Source: Botryllus schlosseri (lineage: Eukaryota). From it: a stretch of DNA of 64,000 bases. This document shows positions 1 to 12,049 of this stretch, in pieces. Location of the stretch: assembly GCA_051294905.1 (NCBI GenBank), contig CM119372.1, positions 11,346,001 through 11,410,000 on the forward strand, in the 5' to 3' direction. The translations under genes and the position numbers were made by a program. Every line of letters starts with the position of its first letter. Position 1 is the first letter of the stretch. The notes below the pieces were generated by a model. That model saw only the letters and a program-made list of their open reading frames with translations. It did not search any database and had not been told where the DNA came from.

Positions 1-2853
1 CAGATGGAAATTCCTTTTCGTCACAGTGCGCTTTTACCTGCGACGCTGGCCGACATATGATGGGAATGTCAGAATCTGTTTGCGGGGATCCGAACAGCGA
101 GGGAATCGGAACGTGGAGCGCGGATATGCCCAGATGTGTAGAACGTAGGTAGTTGCAAAGGTGGTCAAAGTAGTCATTGTGGGTACTTTTAACGCAGAGC
201 AATTGTTAATGTGATGTTTGTTTGCGTACTTCGCTACGTATTGTTCTTCCTATGGACCTGACTTTGACGTAACATGGAACAGCCTGTCTGGTATACACTA
301 CACATAGACCACGGCACGGCAAGGATTTGTTGTAGGCGCTCCAACGGATGGAATCTTTATTGAATCAGATATAAATTCGAATCTCAATTGTATGCTGGAA
401 TGAATTTAATAACACGCCCATATATATTCATGCAATCCGAGACTATAACGGCAGGGCATTTCTTATCAAGTTTTCGTGTGAAGCACGAAGTCTTATTGGG
501 AATGTGTTATATACCGAGATAATGCGTGGCGATATATCTACGTTTACTGAATCAAGAAATGGCATAATGAATATATATCCCGTTATAGTACTCAGGTAGA
601 AGTAGGGGCAACAACAATAACAATTATACAAGTAGAGTTACCGACCGATCTCTAGAGACACATCAAAACTACTTCATGTGGAGGTAGACATTGAAGATCT
701 GTAAAGTAATCGTGGATGTAGGTACTTGGTGGCTACTTTCGAAATTACAGGGTACATTTTCGAGACTAAATATGCATAGCCCAGAACTACTTTCTACTTG
801 TTGGTAAAAAATCCGACTCTTACTACTCGACTTCAAGAAGTGAAATCACTGTTCCCAGCTCTACTACCCACATTAGGTACCATGACATTATGGATATACC
901 GACTTGTCGTTACCATTGTTACCATATCAGATATCCCTTTCTTATACACACTTGTTGTCTCATGCTGTTCCTGTTGTGGTTAACATACGAATTAAAATCA
1001 ATGAGTGGTAGATACACAACGAATCAATGTTATATATCCCTCTCTCTACTCGACTAATTGATAGCCGACTCCCACAAATCCAATTGAATCTTCCTTCTCA
1101 ATTTCCTCTTTCTTCAATGTTATCTGTCAGCAGACCTTCATCCTAGGTCTGACTTGCGAACCAGTGTTGGAGCCACCTAAGCACGGATCATTGCGGTGCA
1201 CCGATAGCAACACATTTGGAAGTGGATGCCACTTCTCCTGCGAAGATGGATACGAGTTGTCCGGCGGTGGTATCATTTATTGCGGCAATGTGCTTTCGGA
1301 CGGCCGGGTCGAATGGCAAGATACTCCGCCATTGTGCAAAGGTTTTTCTTACGTTTCATATGTGGCTCTTTATCATCTACCGTCCAGCATTCTCATATTT
1401 GTGAGTTTGCAATTTTCATAGAATGCAAATCTGCCAGCTGCATGTTAGACATGATGATATTGCTAGACGGCTCATCGAGTGTGAAAGCAGAAGAGTTCTT
1501 GAATATGAAAGAATGGCTCTTTACCTTTCTTGAAGAATATGAAGGGGAGATTGACACTGGTGGTACGAGGGTGAGGTTACTAAGATTTGTGTTGTTGATG
1601 TGTGAGCATCAAGTCGGTCGCTTATGATTGGATTGTAGGCGTTGTCTGTTGCAAAAATTCGTTCTGCGTACGACAGTGAAACGATTCTACAATGGTATGT
1701 TCATGTATATGCTCGCTTGTCTGACAATATTATGTCGTTGGCACGTTTTCCTAACTTAGAGTGAACTTTGACTATATTCATTTTCAGTGTCATATTCAAG
1801 TGTGTAAATAAAATTAACCACTGCTCATTTATTTGCCATATGACGGAAAACAGATAGTCATATTTGTGTTTGACACTGCAGACGCTCAATTTCCATGTTG
1901 CATTGTAAAAGAAATCCCAATCCCAATGTATAATTTCATATTTCCAACATAGAAATTGCTGGCACCCTACCAATAAATCACTAAACAACTTAGAATGACA
2001 GTTACGGGAGTGGCCTAAGTGCAGCAGCTTTTTGGAGGAAGAATAACAGTCATTTTCTGTCTTTGAAGGTCGGCGTCATTCAGTACAGTGGCGAAGCTAC
2101 TTTCATGTGCCGATCTGGAGATATCTTATCGAAGTACGAGGTATCTATTTTCCCCACCGTCAGTCCAGAATGTATTGTGAACTTGAAGCCTAGCTGTTAA
2201 CTGCAGGTGGTTGTGGATTTGGCGCCGAGATCCTTCTATGAAGTTCAAAGGAGCATTCGCGAAATGGCTCACATCAGGGGTTGCACGGCAACTGGCGATG
2301 CCATATTGGCCAGCGTACAGCGCATTGATGCGATGGGTAGAGTAGATGCAGACAAGGTGCTGATCCTGGTGACCGACGGTCTCTCTAATGATGATGTCAA
2401 CGAACCTGCTCGTCGAGCTAGGGAGAAAGGTAACTTCAGCTGACTATTGTGCTAATCTAATAACGCTTTTCGTGCAGAACTTGAAAATATCTTAATCGTT
2501 TTAACTCAATTTGCGATTTGTATGCAAATACGTGGCTGTTTATAATTCAGTCTTGCAGGAATAAAGATTATCACTGTGGCGACAAAGAAGTTTGAACCGT
2601 ACCAACTTCAATCGATATCCAGTTCCTATGAAATCATAGACGTATCAGAATTCGATGACATTGATTCTACAATCTCTTACTTACACCAGGAGATTAGAAA
2701 CAAGATTCAAGTATCAAGCTCTACAGGTGATTATCCAAGGCACGAATGGTGTCACTGCCACAAATGTTTTTACGATTTTTGTCTTCAGAAGCAACTAGGA
2801 GCATCTTTCACATTGTACTTGGAATATGCATGTTTTCCTTTGCCTGGTGCTAG
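1..2853 (+). CDS. Sushi/CCP-repeat + VWA domain surface protein, 5'-partial; ends in a GPI-signal-like hydrophobic tail
   Basis: Exons <1-144, 1147-1341, 1422-1570, 2069-2140, 2207-2429, 2559-2726, 2789-2853, all GT-AG and phase-consistent. Two sushi exons (C..F.C..G....G.....C......W....P.C). VWA with complete MIDAS (LLDGSSS, GCTATG, ILVTDG). C-terminus SSSTEATRSIFHIVLGICMFSFAWC-stop. Confidence 0.85.
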
Positions 2854-3021
2854 CTATGCAAGATACCTTCAATCAACACCACCAATGAATTGACGAAGAA
2901 GCAGTAAGTTCTTCCATATTTGGTTATGGCAAAGGTTTTGCTATTTCCACTGCCAGGACTATGAAGTGCTACTCGGTAATTTCTCCAATATTCCAGCTAT
3001 AGCACTGAGTCGTCATTCGAC

Positions 3022-3753
3022 CAGAGGTGGTCAGTAACAAAGTACTTCTACTTTTTCAAAGTACTCAAGTAGTATTCCTCTACTTCTGGTACTTACTCAA
3101 GTAGACCTTTTTTCGCTACTTCTACTTCGTAATATTTTGTAGAAGTAGTATTTGTAGTTTTGTTTCAATTGCGATTATTATACGTTGAGTTTTAATTATA
3201 GTTTGAGTTCTTTTGTTTGGAGAACATACATGTCGAGTATAAAAGCAAGTGTAGTAATGCCTTATATTTTCCGAACATAAAGCTATACACTCTATATGGC
3301 ATTTTTACGATCTGCCATATTTTTAATTACCGTTCACTAATCGCAGAAAGGGTTAAAGCCGTATTCGACACAACTTCTCTGTATTACTCTTTGACTGAAC
3401 TAGGGGCCTTATTATATGGGGGAGGGAGCCATGCCGTGATTTTTGGTAAAAACCAGGTGTTCGAGTGAACAAAGTGTTAGTACATCCCATGATGTGGACG
3501 CCTGCTTATTCTGTCAAAAATTGACACTCTCCTGAGATGCATCAATATGAATCAAGCTCTCTACACCTTTTGGCAGTCCATGCGAATGAATTGCGATCGT
3601 TTTCACAGCTACTTACTTACTTGGGTAGATTTAAAGTCAGTCAATTTTACTTCCAAGTAGTTTAAGGTCGCTTATGAAAGAAGTACTTCTATTCGTACTT
3701 GAGTAGATTTTTCGTCGTTACTTCTACTTGAGTAGCTTTCTTGACCACCTCTG
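3022..3753. mobile_element. Non-autonomous hAT-type MITE (family A, TIR CAGAGGTGGTCA, CTACTT-rich subterminal repeats)
   Basis: 12-bp TIR cagaggtggtca/tgaccacctctg; flanks cattcgac/catttgac (7/8 TSD). Confidence 0.85.
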
Positions 3754-4713
3754 CATTTGACAAAGGGCTAATCCATCTAGCCAGAGGCACTACTACTTTT
3801 TCCGAGTACTACTAACTAAAGTGGTTATGTTTTCAGACTACCTTTGCCGCTTTGACTTAAGTAATTGGTGTCCGCCACTTCGTGAGTGAAATTGTCATGG
3901 TTACCAAATATTTGGTGGCAAAATGTATGTTTGAAAATGGTGCAATCATCAGTCATGAAGCAGGGATGCCACTTGGAGATTTCGGCAAAACCCAGATGTG
4001 GGTGCTAAAAAAATTATGTTGACTGTTGGTAAAAATAAATATTTATTCTGCAGATCAATAGCCAATTCCTTTTTCCGTTTCTAGGATACAGGAAAGCCCA
4101 AGTCATCAGAAGACGAAGGAATTGATAACCTTCAAGCCTGGACACATCTCTCCTGGTCCACTAACAACTTCCTACCACTACGCGAGGAATGCATGTCTTA
4201 GCACTAACGAGTCCTCGATCCAAATTGAAAGTCTTACTGTGACAAGCTGAAGTATATTACTGGAATTAAGGAATTTTCAAGTCACAGAAATTGATTTTTG
4301 TACCACGGCAGTTGCTCCTATAGGCGAATATCTTAGAAGTCTATGCATATCCTCTCATTACGATTGCGAACATTCATTAACTGCAGGCTTCTGCTCGTTA
4401 ACACCCAATCTGTTCTCGCACGAAAAACTCGAAGTGGTTGTCAACAAAGAACAGTTTCAGTCCACAGATTCCCTTGAGATGTGCGATTGTGCATATTCTC
4501 ACTAGAAACGAAACATGCAGAACAACGCAAACCAAAATACTTTGCTGCGCCATCTTCTCTGCCTCCATGGTTTCACTCGGCTCTTTGGTTTCGAGTGGAT
4601 AGAACGCTTTGAACGAGGCATTATACTCGAGACATTCATAGTCCACAGAGTTACAAAAGGAAGGCACCTTTTTGTCGGTGATGCAAGAGACATCAGTGTC
4701 AGTGTGAAATATA

Positions 4714-6441
4714 TTACTTTTTCTTTCGGAACCTGTCCAAAGCAGATTTAGGCAGTGAATCTTCGGGCAGTGAGCTGCTGTCTTCCAATGCTTTCCTTTT
4801 GTCCTCCAAATCTTGCTTGATTTTGGCTCGCACATCAGATGCTTTTCTTAATTGTTTCCGCTTCTCGATATTGACGGAAGAGCTTTTTCCTTTGGCCTTG
4901 TACTTCATTTCTGATTTTGTGATCTCAGTCTTCTTTCCAAACTTTTCCTCTTTCTCTTTTTGTAGCTGTTCAGCCGTTACCTTATCCATAGCACCAATGT
5001 GAAATGGATCTAAAGTGATCATATCTGGCTGTATTTTTTCCAGTAGGGATTTTACCACCCACTCCCTCTTCTGCGACCTACTCTGGTGGGGGTTCGACTC
5101 TAAACTGTCGTAGTTGGGTTCACCAGCACCTGGTATCAGTAAGCTTTCAAACCCGTTCGCCCTTCCGACTCCAAGGACATCTTCATATGGACAGAACTGT
5201 ATTGATTCCGCGGGTTGGCGTAGCTTGTGAATGAGGTACGGTTCTTCTTGGACTTCTCTGCACGGATCTTTATATACCTCTACTATGTTGTTATATGTTG
5301 CAGCAAGAAGACCACGCTGACTGAATTGTAGGTTACATGGGCTACGCATTACTTTGTACGAGTGTACAGGCTTGTAGGTTCGCACATCAAATATTCGCAT
5401 GTGTCCATCTTGTCCAGAAGTTGCCATGTACAATCCCCCTCTGTCGACAGCAATGGCTCGAATCGCATTTCTGTGGCACAGCATTTTCACAAGCGGCTCC
5501 TTCATATTGGGATTCCACATGGAAACAGTGCCATTGTGGTGTCCTAGCAATGTTATGGCATTATGCGGGTTTTGAGTCATTACGTTAAGGCGGTTCGATT
5601 TCGTACGAACACTTGCGACTTCTTTGCCAATGGAGATGTCAATGTAATTGAGAAATCCATGTGCAGTTGACGCAACAAGAAGGTAATGATATGGTAAAAA
5701 ATCCAGCCTCAGGGCCTTGTTGATGGACTTCAAGCAATGATATTCAGTACCTTGATTATCATATATGTAGGTCCACTTTTTTTGTGCGACAGCATACATG
5801 TTCTCTGTGTGTAACCATGATATATCATTGACAGTTTCCATGACATTAATTTCGCACATCAACTTCTTGGAAAACCATTCAAATGCGGCGACGTGGCCTC
5901 TACGCCCGCCTAATAACAAATGTTTTCCATTTCTTGAATAATTAATTCGATAGGGGCCAAATTGATTGAGATTCAATTCAAAAGTCTTACATGAACTTGC
6001 GATATCAACATTTTGTTTGATCTCCGATTGTTTTATTGTATATGATTTCTGACCATCGTCAGTTTCAATGTATCCGGCATCCTCTAATTGGAATATGTCG
6101 TGTCTGGCTGCTTGATTGATTGCTTCCTCGAACACCTTCTCCTGGCGAGACAGCTTCCTTCTCATTATTCCGCCTGAAATTTTAGTGCTATTCGCAATTC
6201 CTCTTTTGTGGTTTTCCTTCCTTTCAGCGGGGAGTGGTGCCGGCCCAGGATATGGATCATTCTTTACCCCGACATTCTGATTCGAATAATCAGAAACCTT
6301 ACGAAACTTGATCTTCGTGCCATCATCACATTTCAAATCCTTTTTGCCGGACGTAAATCCACCACCTCTATCTTCAACATCATCGCGTCGACGCTTTTCC
6401 GGTACAAAATACCTTTTCTTAGTGATACCGACAGCAGGCAT
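4714..6441 (-). CDS. WDR46: WD repeat-containing protein 46 (UTP7/BING4 family, SSU processome), single exon, about 575 aa
   Basis: Uninterrupted ORF with DPYPGPAP, FGPYRINYSRNGKHLLLGG, WD40 repeats and the BING4 C-terminal motif PGAGEPNYDSLESNP. The first true ATG is at 6441; the track start at 6555 is not an ATG. Confidence 0.95.
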   Translation of the reverse strand: MPAVGITKKRYFVPEKRRRDDVEDRGGGFTSGKKDLKCDDGTKIKFRKVSDYSNQNVGVKNDPYPGPAPLPAERKENHKRGIANSTKISGGIMRRKLSRQEKVFEEAINQAARHDIFQLEDAGYIETDDGQKSYTIKQSEIKQNVDIASSCKTFELNLNQFGPYRINYSRNGKHLLLGGRRGHVAAFEWFSKKLMCEINVMETVNDISWLHTENMYAVAQKKWTYIYDNQGTEYHCLKSINKALRLDFLPYHYLLVASTAHGFLNYIDISIGKEVASVRTKSNRLNVMTQNPHNAITLLGHHNGTVSMWNPNMKEPLVKMLCHRNAIRAIAVDRGGLYMATSGQDGHMRIFDVRTYKPVHSYKVMRSPCNLQFSQRGLLAATYNNIVEVYKDPCREVQEEPYLIHKLRQPAESIQFCPYEDVLGVGRANGFESLLIPGAGEPNYDSLESNPHQSRSQKREWVVKSLLEKIQPDMITLDPFHIGAMDKVTAEQLQKEKEEKFGKKTEITKSEMKYKAKGKSSSVNIEKRKQLRKASDVRAKIKQDLEDKRKALEDSSSLPEDSLPKSALDRFRKKK

Positions 6442-7396
6442 ATCGACGAACGGAACAAACTTCCTCAACTGCAGAACATGTGCTTCCTGCCTGCTACTTC
6501 GCCTGTGTGTGTTGTGTTTATAAATAGCCGAAATCGACGTATCTGACAGGTACACCGAAATCCATTTGGAGCACCGTACAAAACTTGTCCCAATCGATGT
6601 CTGGGGGATTTGCGGTATTGAGAACTAAGCAAGCCTGATGAAAGCTTGCTATTATCTAATGAATGGCAACTTTACAAATAGAATCAGGAATTACTCAGTT
6701 TCTGCAAAGCTTGTCTGATCCTATCCAGTCGCTGTAGCCATTTTAGTTCACCACATGGGCGCATTTATGTAAGTGTCGTCTCCCGGGAAAACAGTCGCCA
6801 GCACTGCACTACTAATATCAGTCGCGAACGGCGATCATGGTTGTTGTTATTGAGGTTTATGTTGTCCACATTCCATGTCGCTCAGAATCGTTGTTGCTTC
6901 AGCTAGCATTTGGTCGCGAGAGTAGCCTGCAGGTTTGTTGCTCGCTTAAGTCAGTGTCATATATTAACTTGAACGAATAACGAATGCTGGAATGCACGTC
7001 GGTGACGATAAAAGGCTGTCCAATTCAAGTCCTGATATGTCACATAGGCACAACCGCGTTACTGAGAAGTTAGTCCGTTAACGAGACGAATATTCGTAAC
7101 AATGACCATCATTGTAAACAATGAACCCCGATTGTATGTAATGCTTGGTGACGTGCTACTCATATTTTTATCAGCTGAGCGTGGCGCATAATATGTTCGC
7201 TAGAGCAGCAGTCATGGCACAGCAACAGCACCTTGCTCGTCAAAACTGGTACAGGTATACATACCACTTCGAAGTTTATTAGTAATCTTGAAATTTTTGT
7301 ATTGTCACAGTGCCAATTGGTTGAGTTATTTATCATTTAGTGCAATCATTGGAAAGTTTTTCGTTGGTTTCTGTACCTGAGCAAAATCTGCCAACC
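6442..7396. promoter_or_regulatory. Probable bidirectional promoter region shared by WDR46 and IPO7
   Basis: 955 bp between two divergent start codons, with no recognisable transposon. Inferred from geometry only. Confidence 0.5.
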
Positions 7397-10300
7397 ATGG
7401 ATCCCGCGAAAGTCGTGGTGATCCTTGAAGGGACAATGAACCCAGCCACTCAAAAGGAAGCTGAATCGAAACTGGATGAAATGCATAAGATATTCGGGTT
7501 CTCTCCTCTTCTTCTTCAATTGGTGATGTCTCCCGAAGTTCAAATGGCTATTCGGCAAGCGGGTGCAATATATTTGAAGAACATGTGTACGAAGTGGTGG
7601 AAAAGAGACCCGGACGATGAAGTTTCTACCGGCATATTTTTCATTCATGAAAATGACAAAACCACCATACGAGAAAATATTGTGGAGGCAGTCATTCACT
7701 CTCCGGATGTGATTCGCAGTCAGCTCACTGTTATTGTGTATCAAATATTGAAAGAGGACTTCCCGGAACGGTGGCCCGGTGTTATTGATAAAATAGCCGC
7801 TAATCTGGCAAGCGATCAAGGAACATGGATGGGTGCTTTGCAGACCTTGTATCAACTAACTAAAATTTATGAATACAAAAAGAGCGATGAACGTATGCCG
7901 TTGCTTGAAGCGATGAAAATATTCTTGCCAGCATTAACCCAATTATTTCAACGAACCTTGGACGATAACTCGGCCCATTCTGCTCTGTTGGAGAAACAAT
8001 GTCTAAAAATTATCTACGCCCTCACGCAATTCTCTCTACCCGTTACTCTTTTCGACGAATCAACCTTGGACACTTGGATGAAATTTATTCAAGTTGTGAT
8101 CGAGAGACACCCCCCGGAAGAAACTTTGGAGGTCGATGAATTGGAAAGACCGGATTTGCCTTGGTGGAAGGCCAAAAAATGGGCCCTTCATATCCTCACG
8201 AGGATGTTTGAAAGATACGGCAGTCCTGGTACGGTTTCAAAAGAATACGTTCAATTTGCAGAGTTTTTCTTGCGCCGATACGCGGTTGGCGCCATGCATG
8301 TGTTGCTTAGAGTTTTGGACGGGAAATGTCAAGGGCAGTTTGTTTCGCCTCGTGTTATTCAACTGCTGTTGCATTTTCTCGAGCAGGGCGTGAGCCATTC
8401 CCAAACGTGGAAGGTGATGAAAGATGCGTACGAGCGACTTCTGAAAGAGATCATTTTTCCTCTCATGTGTTTCACCGACAGTGACCAAGAACTGTGGGAA
8501 GACGATCCTTATGAATATGTGAAGGCCAAGTTTAATATCATGGAAGATTTTCTGTCACCCTCGAGTGCAGCTCAGTGCTTACTGCAGTCGGCCTGTTCGA
8601 AGAGAAAGCAAGTTATTCAAAAAACCATGACATTCTGTCACGATATTCTCATACAGAACAACTCTAGTAGTAACCCTCGTCAGAAAGACGGCGCCCTTCA
8701 CATTATTGGCTCTTTGTCATCCACGCTATTGAAAAGGAAAATGTACAAGACTCAAATGGAGCCTATGCTCGTTGGACATGTTATCCCCGAATTCAAAAGC
8801 CCATACGGATTTATGAGAGCACGTGCTGTATGGGTGGTTCAGCACATGAGCGAACTGAAATTTAAAAATGTTAACAACCTCTACGCTGCGTCAGACGCAA
8901 TAACAGAGATGCTGAGCACCGATCCGGACCCGCCCGTACGTGTGGAAGCCGCCTTTGCGTTACAGAGCCTCCTTTACGAACAAGAGAAAATAGAGAAACG
9001 ATGCTTGCCGCACTTGAGCACGATCATACAGAGCTCTCTCAGGCTTGTCCACGACACCGAGAATGAAGACATGACGTCGGTGGTGCAGAAGATAATTTGT
9101 CTCTATCACGAACAGGTCATTCCCTATGCAGTGGAAATCACGCAACAACTGGTGATGACCTTTCTCAAGATGCTGGCCGCAGAAGAAGAGAACGGCCAAA
9201 ACAACGAGGATGACGAAAATGCAGACAACAGAACAGTGGCGGCTATGGGTGTCCTAAATACTATCGAGACGGTCCTTGATACTATGGAAGAGCAGCGGGA
9301 TATCACAAAACAGCTCGAAGCGATTGTCTCTCCGGTCGTTGCGCATGTTCTCAAAAATAGAATATTGCACTTCTATGAGGAAATTCTGTCTCTCATGTAT
9401 TCGCTAACGTGCCAAGCAGTTTCTCCTGAAATGTGGGAAGCCTTACCGCTGATAAAAGCAGTGTTTGACGATGACGGTTTCGATTATTTTGCCGAGATGA
9501 TGCCGGTGCTGCACAATTTCTGTACGATCGATTCCGGCTCGTTGATGTCGAACCCGCAAAATCTTGAGATCATTTACGACATGTGCAACAGAATCTTGAA
9601 AGGAGACGCCGGCGAAGATACAGAAAGCCACGCCGTTAAACTCCTGGAAGTTATCATTCTGCAATGTCGCGGTAAGATCGATCAGTGCATTGGGCCTTTT
9701 GTCAACGCTGCACTCACGCGCCTCACGAAAGAAGTCAGGACCAGCGAGCTGAGAACCATGTGTTTGCAAGTGGTGGTGGCGGCAATATACTACAACCCCA
9801 CGCTGCTGTTCCAAACCTTGGAGAGCATGCAGTTTCCTAACACTTCCGAAACCGTGACAGAACAGTTCTTTCGTCAGTGGATCAGAGATACGGACTGCTT
9901 CTTGGGCCTGCACGACAGGCGCGTGGCTGTGCACGGGTGGTGCACAGTCTTGGATGCGCCACAAAGGCCGGCTGTGCTCTCGGAAATCGCGAAAGATATA
10001 CTGCCGTCGTTGATTATGCTGCTGCAGGGACTGACGAGAGCCTACAAGAGTCAAGGCGACGGAAATAGCAGCGACGATTCGTCTTCTGATGAGGATGACG
10101 GAGACAGCGATTACGATCACGAAGAATTGGCGTCAAGCGAGGACGAAATCGATGAGGACTCTGCGGAATATCTGGAAATGCTTGAAAAGAGCGCGAACGC
10201 CGATGGTTTTGATGATGGTTCGGATTTGGATTCGGAAGGAGAGACGGCGCTCGAGATCTATACGTCCTCCTTCGACGACGACGCCAACGGAAGCGAATAC

Positions 10301-10546
10301 TACGCTTTCAAGGATATTCTGTCTAAATTAGAGTCCACTAATAGCGAATTATATCATCAACTGGTCTCGTCCTTGACCGATGAGCAGAGAAAAGAAATTC
10401 AAGCCATTTTCGTTACCGCCGATCAGAGGCGTGCTGAAGCAGAGTCTAAAAAAATCGAGAAGACTGGCGGCTACCAATTCAATACTACCAGCGTGCCAAC
10501 TAGTTTTAATTTTGGTTCCGGACCAGCCCCTGCATTTTCTCCGTGA
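7397..10546 (+). CDS. IPO7: Importin-7 (IPO7/IPO8 family), single exon, about 1049 aa
   Basis: Kozak-like ccaaccATGG. N-terminus MDP...GTM.P...RQAGAIYLKNM; PWWKAKKWALHIL.RMFERYG; acidic loop; C-terminal GGYQF...VPTSFNFG. Confidence 0.96.
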   Translation: MDPAKVVVILEGTMNPATQKEAESKLDEMHKIFGFSPLLLQLVMSPEVQMAIRQAGAIYLKNMCTKWWKRDPDDEVSTGIFFIHENDKTTIRENIVEAVIHSPDVIRSQLTVIVYQILKEDFPERWPGVIDKIAANLASDQGTWMGALQTLYQLTKIYEYKKSDERMPLLEAMKIFLPALTQLFQRTLDDNSAHSALLEKQCLKIIYALTQFSLPVTLFDESTLDTWMKFIQVVIERHPPEETLEVDELERPDLPWWKAKKWALHILTRMFERYGSPGTVSKEYVQFAEFFLRRYAVGAMHVLLRVLDGKCQGQFVSPRVIQLLLHFLEQGVSHSQTWKVMKDAYERLLKEIIFPLMCFTDSDQELWEDDPYEYVKAKFNIMEDFLSPSSAAQCLLQSACSKRKQVIQKTMTFCHDILIQNNSSSNPRQKDGALHIIGSLSSTLLKRKMYKTQMEPMLVGHVIPEFKSPYGFMRARAVWVVQHMSELKFKNVNNLYAASDAITEMLSTDPDPPVRVEAAFALQSLLYEQEKIEKRCLPHLSTIIQSSLRLVHDTENEDMTSVVQKIICLYHEQVIPYAVEITQQLVMTFLKMLAAEEENGQNNEDDENADNRTVAAMGVLNTIETVLDTMEEQRDITKQLEAIVSPVVAHVLKNRILHFYEEILSLMYSLTCQAVSPEMWEALPLIKAVFDDDGFDYFAEMMPVLHNFCTIDSGSLMSNPQNLEIIYDMCNRILKGDAGEDTESHAVKLLEVIILQCRGKIDQCIGPFVNAALTRLTKEVRTSELRTMCLQVVVAAIYYNPTLLFQTLESMQFPNTSETVTEQFFRQWIRDTDCFLGLHDRRVAVHGWCTVLDAPQRPAVLSEIAKDILPSLIMLLQGLTRAYKSQGDGNSSDDSSSDEDDGDSDYDHEELASSEDEIDEDSAEYLEMLEKSANADGFDDGSDLDSEGETALEIYTSSFDDDANGSEYYAFKDILSKLESTNSELYHQLVSSLTDEQRKEIQAIFVTADQRRAEAESKKIEKTGGYQFNTTSVPTSFNFGSGPAPAFSP

Positions 10547-11189
10547 AATTGCATGTGCGAATCTGCATTGCACGCACCATATCCAACTAGCCCGGTAGAC
10601 TGTAACATCGTTAATTTCGAATATTCTGTTTCGTTCGTTGCATTCGACTATCACTATATAGTATTTAATTGATTTTGCAATGTCATTGGTTTGTCGCATG
10701 ATCTGCCGAGCTTGGGTTCCGTGAATTGGATCTCATGTCGGTCAATGGCGACAGCTGTTTGGAAATATTTGCAACGTCCTTGCCTTTGTTGCGGTTTTAT
10801 GTCCAGTTTTGTTCACGAGTAAAGTTAATAAAACTGGTTAAATTGGAAGTGGGGGGAAATGTTGAACATTGTAATGTACAATGTCGCATTGTAAACATGA
10901 ATATTTGTGAATGTGATGTGCCGTCACTTGACCTCAAGCATAAGTTGACACCTACTTTGCTCCATATTAGGTTGGCGTGTACATTTTCCTGTCAGGGTGT
11001 TGTTTACAGCGATTTTTTAACAGGCCTCTGTCATGTGTGTCCTTAGATAAATCGAACATTTTAGCAGGAGGACTTGCAATCGACTAGTACGTCACAGGGA
11101 TATTTAGATACTAGACAAGGAAAAAAGACGTAATTTATTTTTGTCCATGATGTATTAGCGGCGTATACACCGACTCATGATATACATAC

Positions 11190-11687
11190 TAGGGCTGGGC
11201 AAAATCCGGTACCTGAGTGATTCTATTCTGAAATAAGTGATATGCGTATAGTCGAGTATTCGAGCATTAATCCTTGTGACGCCATAACATAATGCAATAT
11301 GTCAAGTTCAAATATGTACCTTTCAAGCGACCACAAATAATATGATGCCTGTTATCCATCGCGTTAAAGATACTTTGGTATTTTTTCGACCATACCAATT
11401 TCATTGCACTTGGTGACAATGTAGTGGGATGATCATGACCTCGGAAATCTGCTATTTCCAGTTACGTTCGTAGCTTTGTAGTAGCCTATACGTTCCGCAT
11501 GCTACGATAGTGCCAATCAAAGTTTCAAGGCTTCAACAGTGAAAATTTTTCTCGGAACTATAATTCTCATTGATGAATTAACTTTCAGTGGCGAGGAGCG
11601 TATAATTTCGGTACTCGAAAAAAATCTTCTTTTACTACTCGACTCGAATCATTCAAATTAACACTCGAATCATTGTGCCCAGCCCTA
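11190..11687. mobile_element. hAT-type MITE (family G, TIR TAGGGCTGGG)
   Basis: TIR tagggctgggca/tgcccagcccta; perfect TSD atacatac; homologous to 61490-62000. Confidence 0.9.
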
Positions 11688-12049
11688 ATACATACACATT
11701 ACACATACATTAGTGCATGATGTGCACATTAGGGTTATGACTAAAAAAAATTGCACGTAGCAGGAAGCCTAAGCAAGAAAACGATCGGATTAATTCAATC
11801 TGGGCGATCACAATTTACCAAAATACAATTTTAAATCTTCGTAATTGGAATTGTGTCAGTTAAATTCAAATAAGTCGTTATGTATATTATATAGTCTGTA
11901 TCTACGAAAAAAGCCTATCCTTTCATACAGTGAAAACTGGGAAATTTGTGTGTGGGAGGATTTTATTTAACCAGTCTTGACTGTTGTTAATTTTCAAACC
12001 AGGACACAAAAGTTCACCGTTTGTGACTACAGACCACACAAAATTTTGA

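Noticed and set aside
4398-4835. 145-aa minus-strand ORF overlapping the WDR46 stop
   Set aside because: Out of frame with WDR46, runs into its 3' UTR, no recognisable motif.
6628-6650. AGCAAGC-CTGATGAAA-GCTTGCT hairpin containing CTGATGA
   Set aside because: No helix II or separate GAAA box, so not a hammerhead; a single short hairpin is expected by chance.
4714-7396. Track starts at 6555 (WDR46) and 7340 (IPO7)
   Set aside because: Both are non-ATG codons; homology begins at ATG 6441 and ATG 7397.
9443-10120. 225-aa minus-strand ORF and other ORFs inside IPO7 and WDR46
   Set aside because: Antisense or alternative-frame shadows of long coding sequence.
11095-11125. Third copy of the 31-bp micro-element
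   Set aside because: Only the left arm matches (13/15); no right arm or TSD, so not counted.
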